Part shown: in pieces, positions 27,417 to 36,424 of the stretch
How the letters are laid out: every line of letters begins with the position of its first letter
How positions within the stretch are numbered: position 1 is the stretch's first letter
NCBI RefSeq assembly: GCF_048403405.1
Contig: NZ_CP183129.1
Source of the DNA: Escherichia coli
GTDB taxonomy: Bacteria; Pseudomonadota; Gammaproteobacteria; Enterobacterales; Enterobacteriaceae
Strand: one strand, 5' to 3'
DNA length: 64,000 nt
Made by a program: the position numbers and the translations under genes
Notes under the pieces: generated by a model
Database searches by the model: none
What the model was told of the DNA's origin: nothing
What the model saw: only the letters and a program-made list of their open reading frames with translations

Positions 27417-28376
27417 TTACTCCTTGTCCATTGCGTACAGCCCATTAACCAGAGCAAACTGTGGCACCCCGTCCGCGATGAAAGTCGCATTAACTCCGCA
27501 GACTTCGCGGATAGCGGGTGCCACAATCTCCGCCCCTCCACCGACAACCATCACCCGCCCGTAACCCGAAAAAACCGCCAGCGCGCGGATCACGCGTTGT
27601 TTCAGTGTTTCTTCCTTTTCACGAATAACCGCCATCAGGCTGGCGTAATGCGCGTCATTGTGGATGTGCTGGCGCAGCCAGGCTTCATCATGGCGATGTT
27701 CGATAATGGTATTGGCGATGTGGTGACTGGTGCGCATACCGTTAGTGGCCATCACCGACAGTACGGCATCGGCCATCAGGGAAACGCCTACGTGTGGATC
27801 GCAAAACACCTGGCTGATACCTGCCAGTTGCCCTTGAACCTTTGCCACATCCAGCGTGGTTCCGCCTAAATCCACAATCAGCAGGGATTCAAACGGACTC
27901 ATGTCAGCCAGTGCTTTAAAGCCAGCCGGAATGGATTCAGGCATAACCCGCACGTTACGGATAGTGAATGCTTCGCCGTTCTGGTACTCCACCGAGCGCA
28001 TAACGTTCGCTTTTTTGCGGTTGATGTTGGCCATGTCCGGCTGTGCGTTTGTCTCGAAATACTCGCTCAGTGGCAGGGTGACAACCACATCCACCTCTTG
28101 TGGCGTGATGCCTGATTTGACCAGCGCGTGATGAATGGCGATTACATTCACATCGCTGTACTGGTATTGCGTGTCGGTCGTCTGGACAAAGCGATCGCTG
28201 ACCGGATCAAAACCATAGCGCACGCCATCAAGCATGTAGTTCGCGGGCTGCATGCCACCGAACGGCGCAGACCATTCCGACTTGAAGCTGTTCGGGCTGA
28301 TGGCGTTGCGGCGTTCGCCATTCTCAGTCCATGCCAGCTTGATGTTGGTGGAGCCGTCGTCGATACAAATTTTCAT
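27417..28376 (-). CDS. ParM/StbA-like actin-type partition ATPase
   Basis: 319 aa; IDDGSTNIKL, ISPNSF, QYSDVNV..HHAL, RKKAN, PESIPAG, LIVDLGGTTLD, GVSL, VVGGGAE and LVNG motifs as in plasmid R1 ParM (from memory). Confidence 0.8.
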   Translation of the reverse strand: MKICIDDGSTNIKLAWTENGERRNAISPNSFKSEWSAPFGGMQPANYMLDGVRYGFDPVSDRFVQTTDTQYQYSDVNVIAIHHALVKSGITPQEVDVVVTLPLSEYFETNAQPDMANINRKKANVMRSVEYQNGEAFTIRNVRVMPESIPAGFKALADMSPFESLLIVDLGGTTLDVAKVQGQLAGISQVFCDPHVGVSLMADAVLSVMATNGMRTSHHIANTIIEHRHDEAWLRQHIHNDAHYASLMAVIREKEETLKQRVIRALAVFSGYGRVMVVGGGAEIVAPAIREVCGVNATFIADGVPQFALVNGLYAMDKE

Positions 28377-28402
28377 GTCGATTTTCCTTATGTTGGTTAA
28401 TT

Positions 28403-28520
28403 AACCGTTTACGGGATTTTTAAATCCCGCTTTCGCCTGTTTTGTGCGCGCTTCATATATCGCGGCGCGTTTTTTGCTCATTTACGGGATTTGTGAATCC
28501 CGTTTCTGTCTGTTTTTTGT
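28403..28520. repeat. Two ~40-bp direct repeats, each with an internal palindrome (candidate parC-like centromere/operator)
   Basis: TTTACGGGATTT(T/G)T(A/G)AATCCCG...CTGTTTT occurs at 28403-28445 and 28477-28520, upstream of the ParM-like start and overlapping the 3' end of gene A. Confidence 0.45.
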
Positions 28521-31293
28521 TTCCACTGGTCAGGCCAGTCCTCAGCAGGTTTGCTTTGCGGCGGGCGCGTTCAGTGGTTTCTCTGATTCTCTGTGCGTGC
28601 TCTGCGTCACGAATGGCGCGCAGCATGTCAGAAAGCACGGTAACGGGTGTTTTCATGGTGTTCTGGACCTGCTGAAGTGTGGATGCCAGGCGTGCGGCGG
28701 CTTCGGGGTCTGATGCCCCGAGCTGTGCCAGATAGCTGGAGACCGGGTTATGGCGGATCTCCGTGCTGCTTACGCCGTGATTACGGCTCAGGCGCTGCCA
28801 GAGCTGCGTGATTCGGCTGTCCGGGCGGGCATCCGGTTTGCGTACAATTTCAAATCCCTGCGGTGCAATGATGCTGCCGTCAACGTACAGACTGCCGCCC
28901 CGTAACAGGTGCTGCATCTGTTGTTCACCGATATGCAGGCCGAGAGATTCAGCAGACTCCCGCCATTCTTTAGCGAGTAATTCGTGGTTATCAGGCAAAG
29001 GCCGCTGCTGTTTGCGGCTCTGTGTCCAGCTCTGCATTTCATCGCTGCTGTTTTTTGCCTGTTTGTCACGAAGCGAACGCATCAGCGCCCGGCGTTCGTG
29101 TCGTTTCAGTGAGCGCATCCATTCGTTCACTTCAACGCCGTTAGGGAGCTGCGGCCACGGTGCTGGCCGTTCTTCCGGCTGTTCTGTCCCGTTGTTGTCC
29201 GTTTCCTGTACACGGGGACAGTTATTGCCACGAGTCCAAGGGGCGGCAGGGCCGCCCTGAAGGTCAAAACCATTTTCGCGGGCGCTGTCTTCCGCTTCCG
29301 GTTTGCGTCTTACCAGCTTCCAGTTATCCGGATGCGTGCACACACGGGAGGATTCCCCGATGAGTGGTGACCAGATCCCGTAAATCTGTACGCTCTGTTC
29401 GCCGTAATCGTTCATCTCATCGGCGAGGTCGTAGGCGGTGCGAATCAGGTAGTCTTTGCGTGGAACAAGTACGCCGCCCTGTTTCTCTATGTAGGTGGCA
29501 AAACATCCGGCATCAGCGGCGGCAAGAACCGCATCCATTGCGTCATCCTTCAGCCGTTGCGGGCCTTCCGGGTTGCGTGCCATCTGGCTGGCAAGGCGGC
29601 GCAGTTCACGCCATACCTGGCGGGAGGGGATGCCAAAGAACTGGAACTGGCGGACCCGGTGAAGGCGCGCCCAGCCGATGGCGCGTTCCACGCTCTCGGC
29701 CATTGATTTTCCGGTTTCGTGGTCAACGCGTGGCTTGCCCGTTTTCGGGTCGATGCCATCCACGGCACGGCTGTCCAGGTTTTTCCCGATGTAGGTGGCG
29801 ATGTAGCTGGTCGGTGTGCCTTTTGAGCCGTCGACGTACTCCGCCTTAAAGCGTGGGGTAATATCATCACCCAGCTCGTGACGATCTTCCTGAATGGCAA
29901 TATCGCGGGTGTGGGACACAATAGTGTCGATTTCTTCCGGATGAGCAAAGACCATCATATGCCAGTGCACGGTGCCGTCATGGTGAGGCTCCACCGTGCG
30001 GATGCCATACCAGCGCAGGCCGTCGCGGTTCAGTTTCTTGCGGACCGCCGCAAAAAACGTGTTAACCAGGTAATCGCTGGAGTCGCGCATGGTGGCCCCG
30101 TTCCATTTGGGATTCGGATGACCGTTCTCTGTTGTGGCGTGGTATTTTGACGGGCAGGTGACAGTCAGAAACACCGCTCTGTCGCCACGGGCTTCGGCCA
30201 GAAGTTCCAGCCCCTTCATGGTGGCCATCATTTCTGCCTTACGGTGAACCGGGTTACTTACTCCCGCGTAATACACTGTCTCGAGATCAATCGTGAACCC
30301 ATCTTCGTTTTCCAGCATGAAACTTTTCAGGAAATCGCGTGTTTTCTCGCGCTGTGCGCGAAACTCGCTTAATGCGTCCTGGCTCAGATAGGGCGATGTT
30401 TTTCTGGAAACCAGACAGGCGGCGCGGAGTTGTTCTTCTCTCCACTCGCAACGTAACAGCCACAGTTTGCGTTTCCACCATTCCGCACAGGTCAGGCGAA
30501 GGATTGCGCCCGGCAGCAGCTCCGTGTCCGGTTCGTTCCTCCGGTCTTTATCTGTTGTCAGTGCGTCATAATGTGGAGGCATGATGTGCAGGTGTAACGC
30601 CATGCGGGCCAGCATCTGATACGCCTTCAGCGTTACATCCATGGTCAGTTCGCCATCGGTCGCGCCAAAGCCATCGCAGAGTTTTTCGAAGGTGCTGCTG
30701 AACATCGCCGCCGTCATGGTGGCCAGCGTCTGTATCTGGTGTTTGTTGAGCTGCGGCAGGTAAAGCAAATCGTCCAGGCGTTCGCGTCCGGCAAGGGAGC
30801 GATAACCAGGTGTCAGCCAGCGCCCGTCAGTGCGATCCAGACGTTCGAATATTTTGCGCAGGGTTCCGCGTGCATAGCGTTCCGCCTGCCAGGTCTTTTT
30901 GCCTTTCTGACGATCGGCTTCCTGCTTCTTGCGCAGGAAAGAGAGGTGGCGGCTCAGAGGTTCTCGCAGATAACCGGGAAGCGCCTTCAGTGTGGCAAAG
31001 GCACGGGCTACCGGGTCTTGTTCTGTTGCCCGGCGCTTACTGATGATGCTCTGTGCCAGCTTTTCACGCTGTCCGGCTTCCTCAAGGGATGCCATGAGTT
31101 TTTTACCCATGGCGGATTGTGCGAAAAAGGCTTCTTCCTTCGCTTCCTGTTCTTCCTGTGCCCTTTTGTCCGCCTCAAGGTAGTAACGGATGGCGCGTTG
31201 CAGGTCGGTTTCAGTTTCCTGCCTGCGCTCCGTAAATCTGGCCGGATCAATAGCTGGTCGTGGTTCATTCCAGCTCCATGCAAACGCACTCAT
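28453..31293 (-). CDS. A: Replication initiation protein A (rolling-circle HUH endonuclease)
   Basis: Long ORF with HWHMMVF HUH-like motif and P2 gpA-like region; start trimmed to MSAFAWS, abutting the upstream gene stop. Confidence 0.85.
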   Translation of the reverse strand: MSAFAWSWNEPRPAIDPARFTERRQETETDLQRAIRYYLEADKRAQEEQEAKEEAFFAQSAMGKKLMASLEEAGQREKLAQSIISKRRATEQDPVARAFATLKALPGYLREPLSRHLSFLRKKQEADRQKGKKTWQAERYARGTLRKIFERLDRTDGRWLTPGYRSLAGRERLDDLLYLPQLNKHQIQTLATMTAAMFSSTFEKLCDGFGATDGELTMDVTLKAYQMLARMALHLHIMPPHYDALTTDKDRRNEPDTELLPGAILRLTCAEWWKRKLWLLRCEWREEQLRAACLVSRKTSPYLSQDALSEFRAQREKTRDFLKSFMLENEDGFTIDLETVYYAGVSNPVHRKAEMMATMKGLELLAEARGDRAVFLTVTCPSKYHATTENGHPNPKWNGATMRDSSDYLVNTFFAAVRKKLNRDGLRWYGIRTVEPHHDGTVHWHMMVFAHPEEIDTIVSHTRDIAIQEDRHELGDDITPRFKAEYVDGSKGTPTSYIATYIGKNLDSRAVDGIDPKTGKPRVDHETGKSMAESVERAIGWARLHRVRQFQFFGIPSRQVWRELRRLASQMARNPEGPQRLKDDAMDAVLAAADAGCFATYIEKQGGVLVPRKDYLIRTAYDLADEMNDYGEQSVQIYGIWSPLIGESSRVCTHPDNWKLVRRKPEAEDSARENGFDLQGGPAAPWTRGNNCPRVQETDNNGTEQPEERPAPWPQLPNGVEVNEWMRSLKRHERRALMRSLRDKQAKNSSDEMQSWTQSRKQQRPLPDNHELLAKEWRESAESLGLHIGEQQMQHLLRGGSLYVDGSIIAPQGFEIVRKPDARPDSRITQLWQRLSRNHGVSSTEIRHNPVSSYLAQLGASDPEAAARLASTLQQVQNTMKTPVTVLSDMLRAIRDAEHAQRIRETTERARRKANLLRTGLTSGNKKQTETGFTNPVNEQKTRRDI

Positions 31294-31679
31294 GGCTGGT
31301 ATCCCGTCACGCGCTGCCACTCCTGCGAGAAGAGGGCGGAAAGGCGGTTAAATTCAGCGGTGTATTCACTCAGCGAGGCACACCCGCCAGCAGTGCGATG
31401 CGCCAGCATTGCTGCAAATACGGAGGCCGGAGAGTCGTAATACGCCAGCAGTGATTCGCCGTGCGGTGTCAGGCAGTGCAACGCCAGTCCGTGTGGTGTG
31501 AAGTCCACGCGGTAGCAGTCGTCTACTGTGAAATAAAGGGTGTCTGCATTCTCCGGTTTTGTGGTGCGTGCTCTGTTGTCACGACCACGGATGTAGAGAT
31601 CAAATAACCCCTGAAGAACGGGAGCCAGACGGGTGTCCTGTGTGCGCACCCATCTTGTGAAGTCATGAGCGTCAATCAT
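31290..31679 (-). CDS. Hypothetical early-region protein (position of P2 B / orf80-83)
   Basis: 129-aa ORF ending at the A start. Confidence 0.55.
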   Translation of the reverse strand: MIDAHDFTRWVRTQDTRLAPVLQGLFDLYIRGRDNRARTTKPENADTLYFTVDDCYRVDFTPHGLALHCLTPHGESLLAYYDSPASVFAAMLAHRTAGGCASLSEYTAEFNRLSALFSQEWQRVTGYQP

Positions 31680-31751
31680 GCTGCAATTCTCTTTACTACA
31701 GATGTGCGAAGGCCTCCCGCCGCAAGGTGCAGAAAAGGCCCGGAACAGGAA

Positions 31752-31982
31752 TTAATGGAGTTTGTTTTGCTGCTGGATGAGCTGTTGAAGCTCGTGCAGA
31801 TCATCCGCCAGATAGCTGAAAACAGAGGCGGAATAAATGTTTGATAGTGCGTGGCTGCGCTCATGCAGCATATTGATGTGCATGATTTGCGCGACGCGTG
31901 ATGCGCGGGAAAGTCTGCGGTTGATTTCAGTCTGGATGTGACGACGCTCCGCGATAGCGCGGTGCTGTTTGCGGTCTGCCAT
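31752..31982 (-). CDS. Hypothetical small protein
   Basis: 76-aa ORF in the early operon; no family recognised. Confidence 0.4.
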   Translation of the reverse strand: MADRKQHRAIAERRHIQTEINRRLSRASRVAQIMHINMLHERSHALSNIYSASVFSYLADDLHELQQLIQQQNKLH

Positions 31983-32161
31983 GGTGTGGCCTCTTTGCTC
32001 GGTGATAGAAATAACTCACCATCCAGAGTTGAGAATCTCGGGGTGGCGAGACGTACAGGGTTCTCAACACCGGAGAGCAAAGAATCCGGCCCGACCGAAG
32101 TCGGCCCCGTACGCCCCGCCATAATTCTGACGCGAAAAAGACGTGGCAATACAGTACGCAC

Positions 32162-32186
32162 AAAAAAACCGCTTGCGCGGTTATGC
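32162..32186 (-). terminator. Intrinsic terminator on minus strand
   Basis: Minus-strand hairpin AACCGC-GCAA-GCGGTT followed by T7. Confidence 0.45.
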
Positions 32187-32304
32187 GCTTTGCTCTGTAT
32201 CGGGTTGAGAATCCCGGCACCCGTTTTATGAGGTGCAGCGGAAATGTAACCTGACCGATTGAGGCATGGCAAGCGGTTTTTTTGTGTGTGCATGTTCTGG
32301 TTTC

Positions 32305-32604
32305 TTACTGGTTCAGAAAAAAATCAAAAACGTTATCGATGCGTTGCAGCAGCTCTTGCTGCATTGCTTCCGGCGTTTCCGGTTCGCCAGGTGCCCCCAG
32401 CGTTGCGCAGAAATCAGCGATTTCATGATGGAGCGTGAGGCGAATGGCAGGAGCCGTGGTTCTGGCGTGCTCCAGCTGATCCAGCAGTGCCAGCACAGCA
32501 GACGGCGAGAGCATTGCGCGAAATGCCAGTAATTTTTGAGGCGTTGCCATTCGTTGCAGGGCAAATGCCAGTTCGCGTAGCTTCTGGTGGTTGATGGTGC
32601 TCAT
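32305..32604 (-). CDS. Hypothetical early-region protein
   Basis: 99-aa ORF overlapping its neighbour by 4 nt. Confidence 0.55.
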   Translation of the reverse strand: MSTINHQKLRELAFALQRMATPQKLLAFRAMLSPSAVLALLDQLEHARTTAPAIRLTLHHEIADFCATLGAPGEPETPEAMQQELLQRIDNVFDFFLNQ

Positions 32605-32846
32605 GCTCTGGCTTCCTTCAGTAGCTGGTTAAACATGTTGGTAAGTGGATTGCCGCACCCGAACGGCATCGGGTTTATCTGGTAAGAAAAGCGACCGCCT
32701 GTTTTGCGCTCTTTTCTTATGACTGAACCGCTGCGCCAGAGTCGGCGTAACTCCGCATTAATGGCTGTGGTTGGGGTATTCAGTGCTGCGGCGATTTCTC
32801 CACCGCTACACCCCGGATTGGCAGCGATATAATCCAGAATGGTCAT
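32601..32846 (-). CDS. Hypothetical early-region protein (possible winged-helix DNA-binding)
   Basis: 81-aa ORF, operon-style overlaps on both sides. Confidence 0.55.
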   Translation of the reverse strand: MTILDYIAANPGCSGGEIAAALNTPTTAINAELRRLWRSGSVIRKERKTGGRFSYQINPMPFGCGNPLTNMFNQLLKEARA

Positions 32847-33046
32847 CTGCGTGACTCCTGTACCTGTCGGATAAGGTTCACCTGCACCACATTCGTGGCG
32901 CAGAAGTAAGTGCCGTCAGTGAGATAGATGTGATGTGCATCCTTTTCTGAACGGTGTTTGTCGATTGTGGTAATCAGGCGTTCGTCGACTTCGTATTCAC
33001 GTCCTCTGGAGGTAAAACGAACGACAGGAAAATGCTTAATTGCCAT
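32843..33046 (-). CDS. Hypothetical early-region protein
   Basis: 67-aa ORF. Confidence 0.5.
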   Translation of the reverse strand: MAIKHFPVVRFTSRGREYEVDERLITTIDKHRSEKDAHHIYLTDGTYFCATNVVQVNLIRQVQESRR

Positions 33047-33132
33047 TACGCCTCCTTGGCGTATGCGAATACCTCCGCGAATGCGGATTGTTTTTACATT
33101 TTCTTATTTAACCTGTGGTTTTATTTGCTCTG

Positions 33133-33246
33133 TTATTCGCCAGTGAAAAAGCGTTCAATCTTTTTTACTGAATGAATAATTCGCATAATCCCAATGGCGC
33201 AGGCCACAGAAATAATCAGAACAAGCCATGAGATAAATATACTCAT
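33133..33246 (-). CDS. Small hydrophobic peptide (37 aa), translationally coupled
   Basis: Manual translation MSIFISWLVLIISVACAIGIMRIIHSVKKIERFFTGE; its ATG overlaps the TGA stop of the upstream 80-aa gene (ATGA); below ORF-track cutoff. Confidence 0.4.
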   Translation of the reverse strand: MSIFISWLVLIISVACAIGIMRIIHSVKKIERFFTGE

Positions 33247-33485
33247 GCGATATTCCCCAGCTTATACGGTTCAATATGTTCCCCGCATTCTGCGGCACAG
33301 ATTAGCTCGGAAAGTTCGTTAAGTGCATCCAGATCATCAGCGTAAAAAGCCACGTCATACAGACTCCGGATTGCCCTGGTCAATGAGTCACGGGCTGCAC
33401 GTTCAGCATGAGAGCCTGATGCACTTAAGCGAAAATAAAAACGCTCAAGTGCTTTGTTGATGAGTGTTTTATATTCTTTGCCCAT
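33243..33485 (-). CDS. Hypothetical early-region protein
   Basis: 80-aa ORF. Confidence 0.55.
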   Translation of the reverse strand: MGKEYKTLINKALERFYFRLSASGSHAERAARDSLTRAIRSLYDVAFYADDLDALNELSELICAAECGEHIEPYKLGNIA

Positions 33486-33496
33486 TGCAACACCCT

Positions 33497-33784
33497 TTAA
33501 TCTGCTTTCTGAATTTCAGCTTCTGAATCCATGCAAATAATTTCGATATAGGGTTCATTGCCATTAGCCTGGCGCGCTTTTTCAGCTTTGCTAATGATTT
33601 CTCGTACGGTCTGGTACGGAAGTTCCACAAGCAGTCGCGTGCCGTTCAGATAAACGTAAGTGGCTTCGTCGGCTCCGTTTTTACCCGCCGGAGCCACTCC
33701 ATCAATAGCGGATGCGCGTAATAACAGTTCACCGCGAAAATCAATAAAACGGATAAATACACCTTGTGCATGGTCTTTGGTCAT
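33497..33784 (-). CDS. Hypothetical early-region protein
   Basis: ORF track frame 33497..33844, start trimmed to the internal Met (MTKDHAQ) to avoid overlap with the upstream gene. Confidence 0.5.
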   Translation of the reverse strand: MTKDHAQGVFIRFIDFRGELLLRASAIDGVAPAGKNGADEATYVYLNGTRLLVELPYQTVREIISKAEKARQANGNEPYIEIICMDSEAEIQKAD

Positions 33785-33794
33785 AAAGCACCTG

Positions 33795-34136
33795 TTATAA
33801 ATCAGCCTGTTTAATAAAACTTTGTCCGCGAAGCAGACGATCAACCGTGCGTAGTGCTTCGTATAATGTGAAATCCTGCCCGAACTGATTTTCGCCGCTG
33901 CTTAGAGCAAAAATGCGGTTTCCAGTAAACGGGTTGCGTGGGCATTTGTGGACCACGATTCCAGCTTTCTCAATCAGCCAGGCATGCTCGCCGATTTGTT
34001 TTACTGGGTAGCCATCCGGCGTTGCGTGTGTATCACTCAGGCTGTAGCGGATGTTGCTGCGTGATGCACTGGTAGCGAAACGATTAGCGTGACGTTCAGC
34101 ACCATTACGAAAGCGTGAATTACGTTGCTGTTTCAT
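33795..34136 (-). CDS. Hypothetical early-region protein
   Basis: 113-aa ORF. Confidence 0.5.
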   Translation of the reverse strand: MKQQRNSRFRNGAERHANRFATSASRSNIRYSLSDTHATPDGYPVKQIGEHAWLIEKAGIVVHKCPRNPFTGNRIFALSSGENQFGQDFTLYEALRTVDRLLRGQSFIKQADL

Positions 34137-34388
34137 GTTAAAGACTCTGTACAGATTTAATTATTCCGGCATAGCGGCCGAACTCAAAATATTTGCGATT
34201 AAATCGCATCGCATTGTTTTCACGTTGTGCGGACTGCTGGTTCATTTTCGTTTGCCTCCGCACATGAGAATTACGCCGCTTAAGAGGTAACCGAAGTTAA
34301 TTGATAGTATTACAATTAACATAAGGTCCAATTTGTCCATGCCACACATAATTACCCTCATTGCAGTAGTTGTGGTTTATCAGGTTTC

Positions 34389-34595
34389 TCACCCGATAAA
34401 CCAGATAACAAACGCTATAAACATCGCCCCAATAGCTGCCGGGAAAAGCCCTTTGGTATAAGCGGCGATATATTCAATGCTGAGTTCAATAAAGCGTTCT
34501 TCATGTCCCGTTAACTTACGAAACAAATAGATCGCTATTACGCCTATCTCAATAAAAACAAGGGTCAGAATGGCGCTGATGATATGGCTGGTCAT
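34389..34595 (-). CDS. Small membrane protein (two transmembrane helices)
   Basis: 68 aa, hydrophobic; immediately downstream of cox. Confidence 0.5.
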   Translation of the reverse strand: MTSHIISAILTLVFIEIGVIAIYLFRKLTGHEERFIELSIEYIAAYTKGLFPAAIGAMFIAFVIWFIG

Positions 34596-34601
34596 TTATG
34601 A

Positions 34602-34889
34602 CTAAAGCCCCAGCCACAACAACCATGCATCGCGGCGTTCTTTCGGTTGCTCAAAAAACGCTTTGCGCATGCCTTCGTTAAATGCTGGCAGATATACCCA
34701 GTTTTCTGATGCACGCGTCTTTACTGAACCTGGTTTCACAAAGTCAATTGTCGGTAGCTTTGCTGCGTCAATCATGGTTCTGACTGTGGATTCCTTGCGG
34801 CCGATCATCTTGGCGAATAGTTGATATGGCACCGCTTCAAGTGGATATGGTGCTACCTGAATGAAGCCCCCAAGCTCTGATTCGCTCAT
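34602..34889 (-). CDS. cox: Cox (excisionase / early-promoter repressor)
   Basis: 95 aa; ...PYQLFAKMIG...WVYLPA...WLLWLGL resembles P2 Cox; divergent from C. Confidence 0.8.
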   Translation of the reverse strand: MSESELGGFIQVAPYPLEAVPYQLFAKMIGRKESTVRTMIDAAKLPTIDFVKPGSVKTRASENWVYLPAFNEGMRKAFFEQPKERRDAWLLWLGL

Positions 34890-34954
34890 TGTGGTAATCT
34901 CCCTAATTCGTTCGAATGGCTCAAAATGGCTTATATCGGCTTATTTGAGTGTTT

Positions 34955-35010
34955 TTATGTTTGTGCCCGATGTGGCATGTTGCGATGGAGGATATGCCCG
35001 ATATGGCATC
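34955..35010. promoter_or_regulatory. Immunity switch region with direct-repeat operator candidates
   Basis: GTGCCCGATGTGGCATG and ATGCCCGATATGGCATC direct repeats about 32 bp apart between divergent cox and C (P2 C binds direct repeats). Confidence 0.4.
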
Positions 35011-35323
35011 TTTGTCAAGCATGGGTGAAAAATTTCGCCTGATTCGTGAAGCAGAAGGTATGACCCGCCAGGAGTTTGCGGATTGTGTTGGGCTGCCTTA
35101 TGGGACGGTAACTAACTATGAGGTGAGGGGGAAGCAAGTAACAGAGGGTGCCTTACTTAAGGTTACGAAACACCCTAAATTTAAGAAATATGCTTATTGG
35201 TTATCAACAGATGAAACGATGCCGGAGGTTGGGCAAATTTCTCCGGCTCTCTCTCTTGATGGTTCCTGCAATTCGGAGGGAGATCGTGTTTCAACCGAAA
35301 CAATCCAAAAATTATCCCGCTGA
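35003..35323 (+). CDS. C: Immunity repressor C (helix-turn-helix)
   Basis: ...MTRQEFADCVGLPYGTVTNYE... helix-turn-helix region as in P2 C; start ambiguous among 35003, 35021 or upstream Met codons. Confidence 0.8.
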   Translation: MASLSSMGEKFRLIREAEGMTRQEFADCVGLPYGTVTNYEVRGKQVTEGALLKVTKHPKFKKYAYWLSTDETMPEVGQISPALSLDGSCNSEGDRVSTETIQKLSR

Positions 35324-35419
35324 GGCCAGAAAACTGGTTAGACCTGCTTTTTGTCTGGTCTGATTATTGCTGGAAAGAGGCTGGAGAAATTGTAGAGCGG
35401 TTCATTGGAGGGCTTCGCA

Positions 35420-36424
35420 ATGTCGATTAAGAAGCTCGAAGATGGTCGTTATTTGCTGGACATCAGGCCGAACGGACGCAAGGGAAAGCGCGTGCGTAAG
35501 GTATTTGACAAAAAATCGGTAGCGGTGGCCACTGAACGCTACATCATGGCGAACGCTGAAAAGCGGGAATATATACAGGGCTACCGTGATCGTCGAACGC
35601 TAAATGATTTGCTTGAGTTGTGGTGGATGTATCACGGCCAGCACAGGCGTAAGGCAGAAGAAGACCGAAAACAACTGCGCAACATAATCAATGAGCTTGG
35701 CGCTGATATGCAGGCTGTGGATCTTGATAAGCTAAAAATTATCGCGTGGCGTTCTCAAAAGATAGCTGATGGATTGAAACCGTCATCTGCTAACAGATAC
35801 ATGAATCGGTTATCCGGAATGTTTACCGTACTGAAGAAAATAGGCCTCTGGGATGCAGAACATCCGGTAAGGGGAATTTCTATTCTTTATGTATCTCCAC
35901 GAGAAATGGCTTTCCTGTCCCAGAAGGAAGTGGCGTTATTGCTCGATACACTGGAGGGCGATTACTGGCGTGTTGCGCTTTTGTGTTTAAGCACGGGGGC
36001 GCGCTGGAGTGAAGCCTGTAAGCTTCGTGGTGAACAGATAGTTCATAACCGTGTAACGTTTCTTGAAACCAAAAATGGCCGAAAGAGAACAGTGCCAATT
36101 TCGCAGGCAGTTTGTGAGGCGATCAAAACCAGAGAAACAGGCGGCTTGTTTGAGGTGAAGTACCGGGAATTCTGCTTGGCGCTGAAAAGAGTTAAGCCCG
36201 ATTTGCCAAAAGGCCAGGCTGCACATGTGCTGCGGCATACGTTCGCCAGCCATTTTGTGATGAACGGAGGAAACATTATTGCGCTTCAGAAGATTCTTGG
36301 CCACGCAACCATTCAGCAAACAATGGCATATGCACATTTTGCACCGGATTACCTGCAGGATGCGGTGGCCCTTAATCCGCTGAAAGGTGGCGTGAGTGTC
36401 CACGCAGTGTCCACGGGGGATTAA
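35420..36424 (+). CDS. int: Tyrosine integrase (P2 Int-like)
   Basis: MSIKKLEDGRYLLDIRPNGRKGKRVRKVFDKK...LSTGARWSEA...HVLRHTFASHF...MAYAHFAPDYLQDA closely parallels P2 Int. Confidence 0.9.
   Translation: MSIKKLEDGRYLLDIRPNGRKGKRVRKVFDKKSVAVATERYIMANAEKREYIQGYRDRRTLNDLLELWWMYHGQHRRKAEEDRKQLRNIINELGADMQAVDLDKLKIIAWRSQKIADGLKPSSANRYMNRLSGMFTVLKKIGLWDAEHPVRGISILYVSPREMAFLSQKEVALLLDTLEGDYWRVALLCLSTGARWSEACKLRGEQIVHNRVTFLETKNGRKRTVPISQAVCEAIKTRETGGLFEVKYREFCLALKRVKPDLPKGQAAHVLRHTFASHFVMNGGNIIALQKILGHATIQQTMAYAHFAPDYLQDAVALNPLKGGVSVHAVSTGD

Larger units (their letters stand above)
1715..36424. mobile_element. P2-family prophage (ogr through int; att boundaries not resolved)
   Basis: Contiguous P2-like structural, lysis, replication, immunity and integration genes; host synteny resumes at pdxB. 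Confidence 0.85.

Noticed and set aside
28453-31320. Full 955-aa extent of the A ORF
   Set aside because: First 9 codons overlap the upstream gene; start trimmed to 31293. The C-terminal end overlapping the repeat region was kept because no earlier stop exists.
31676-32293. 205-aa minus-strand ORF
   Set aside because: Ser/Thr/Pro-rich low-complexity translation spanning an apparently non-coding stretch with a terminator; treated as non-coding.
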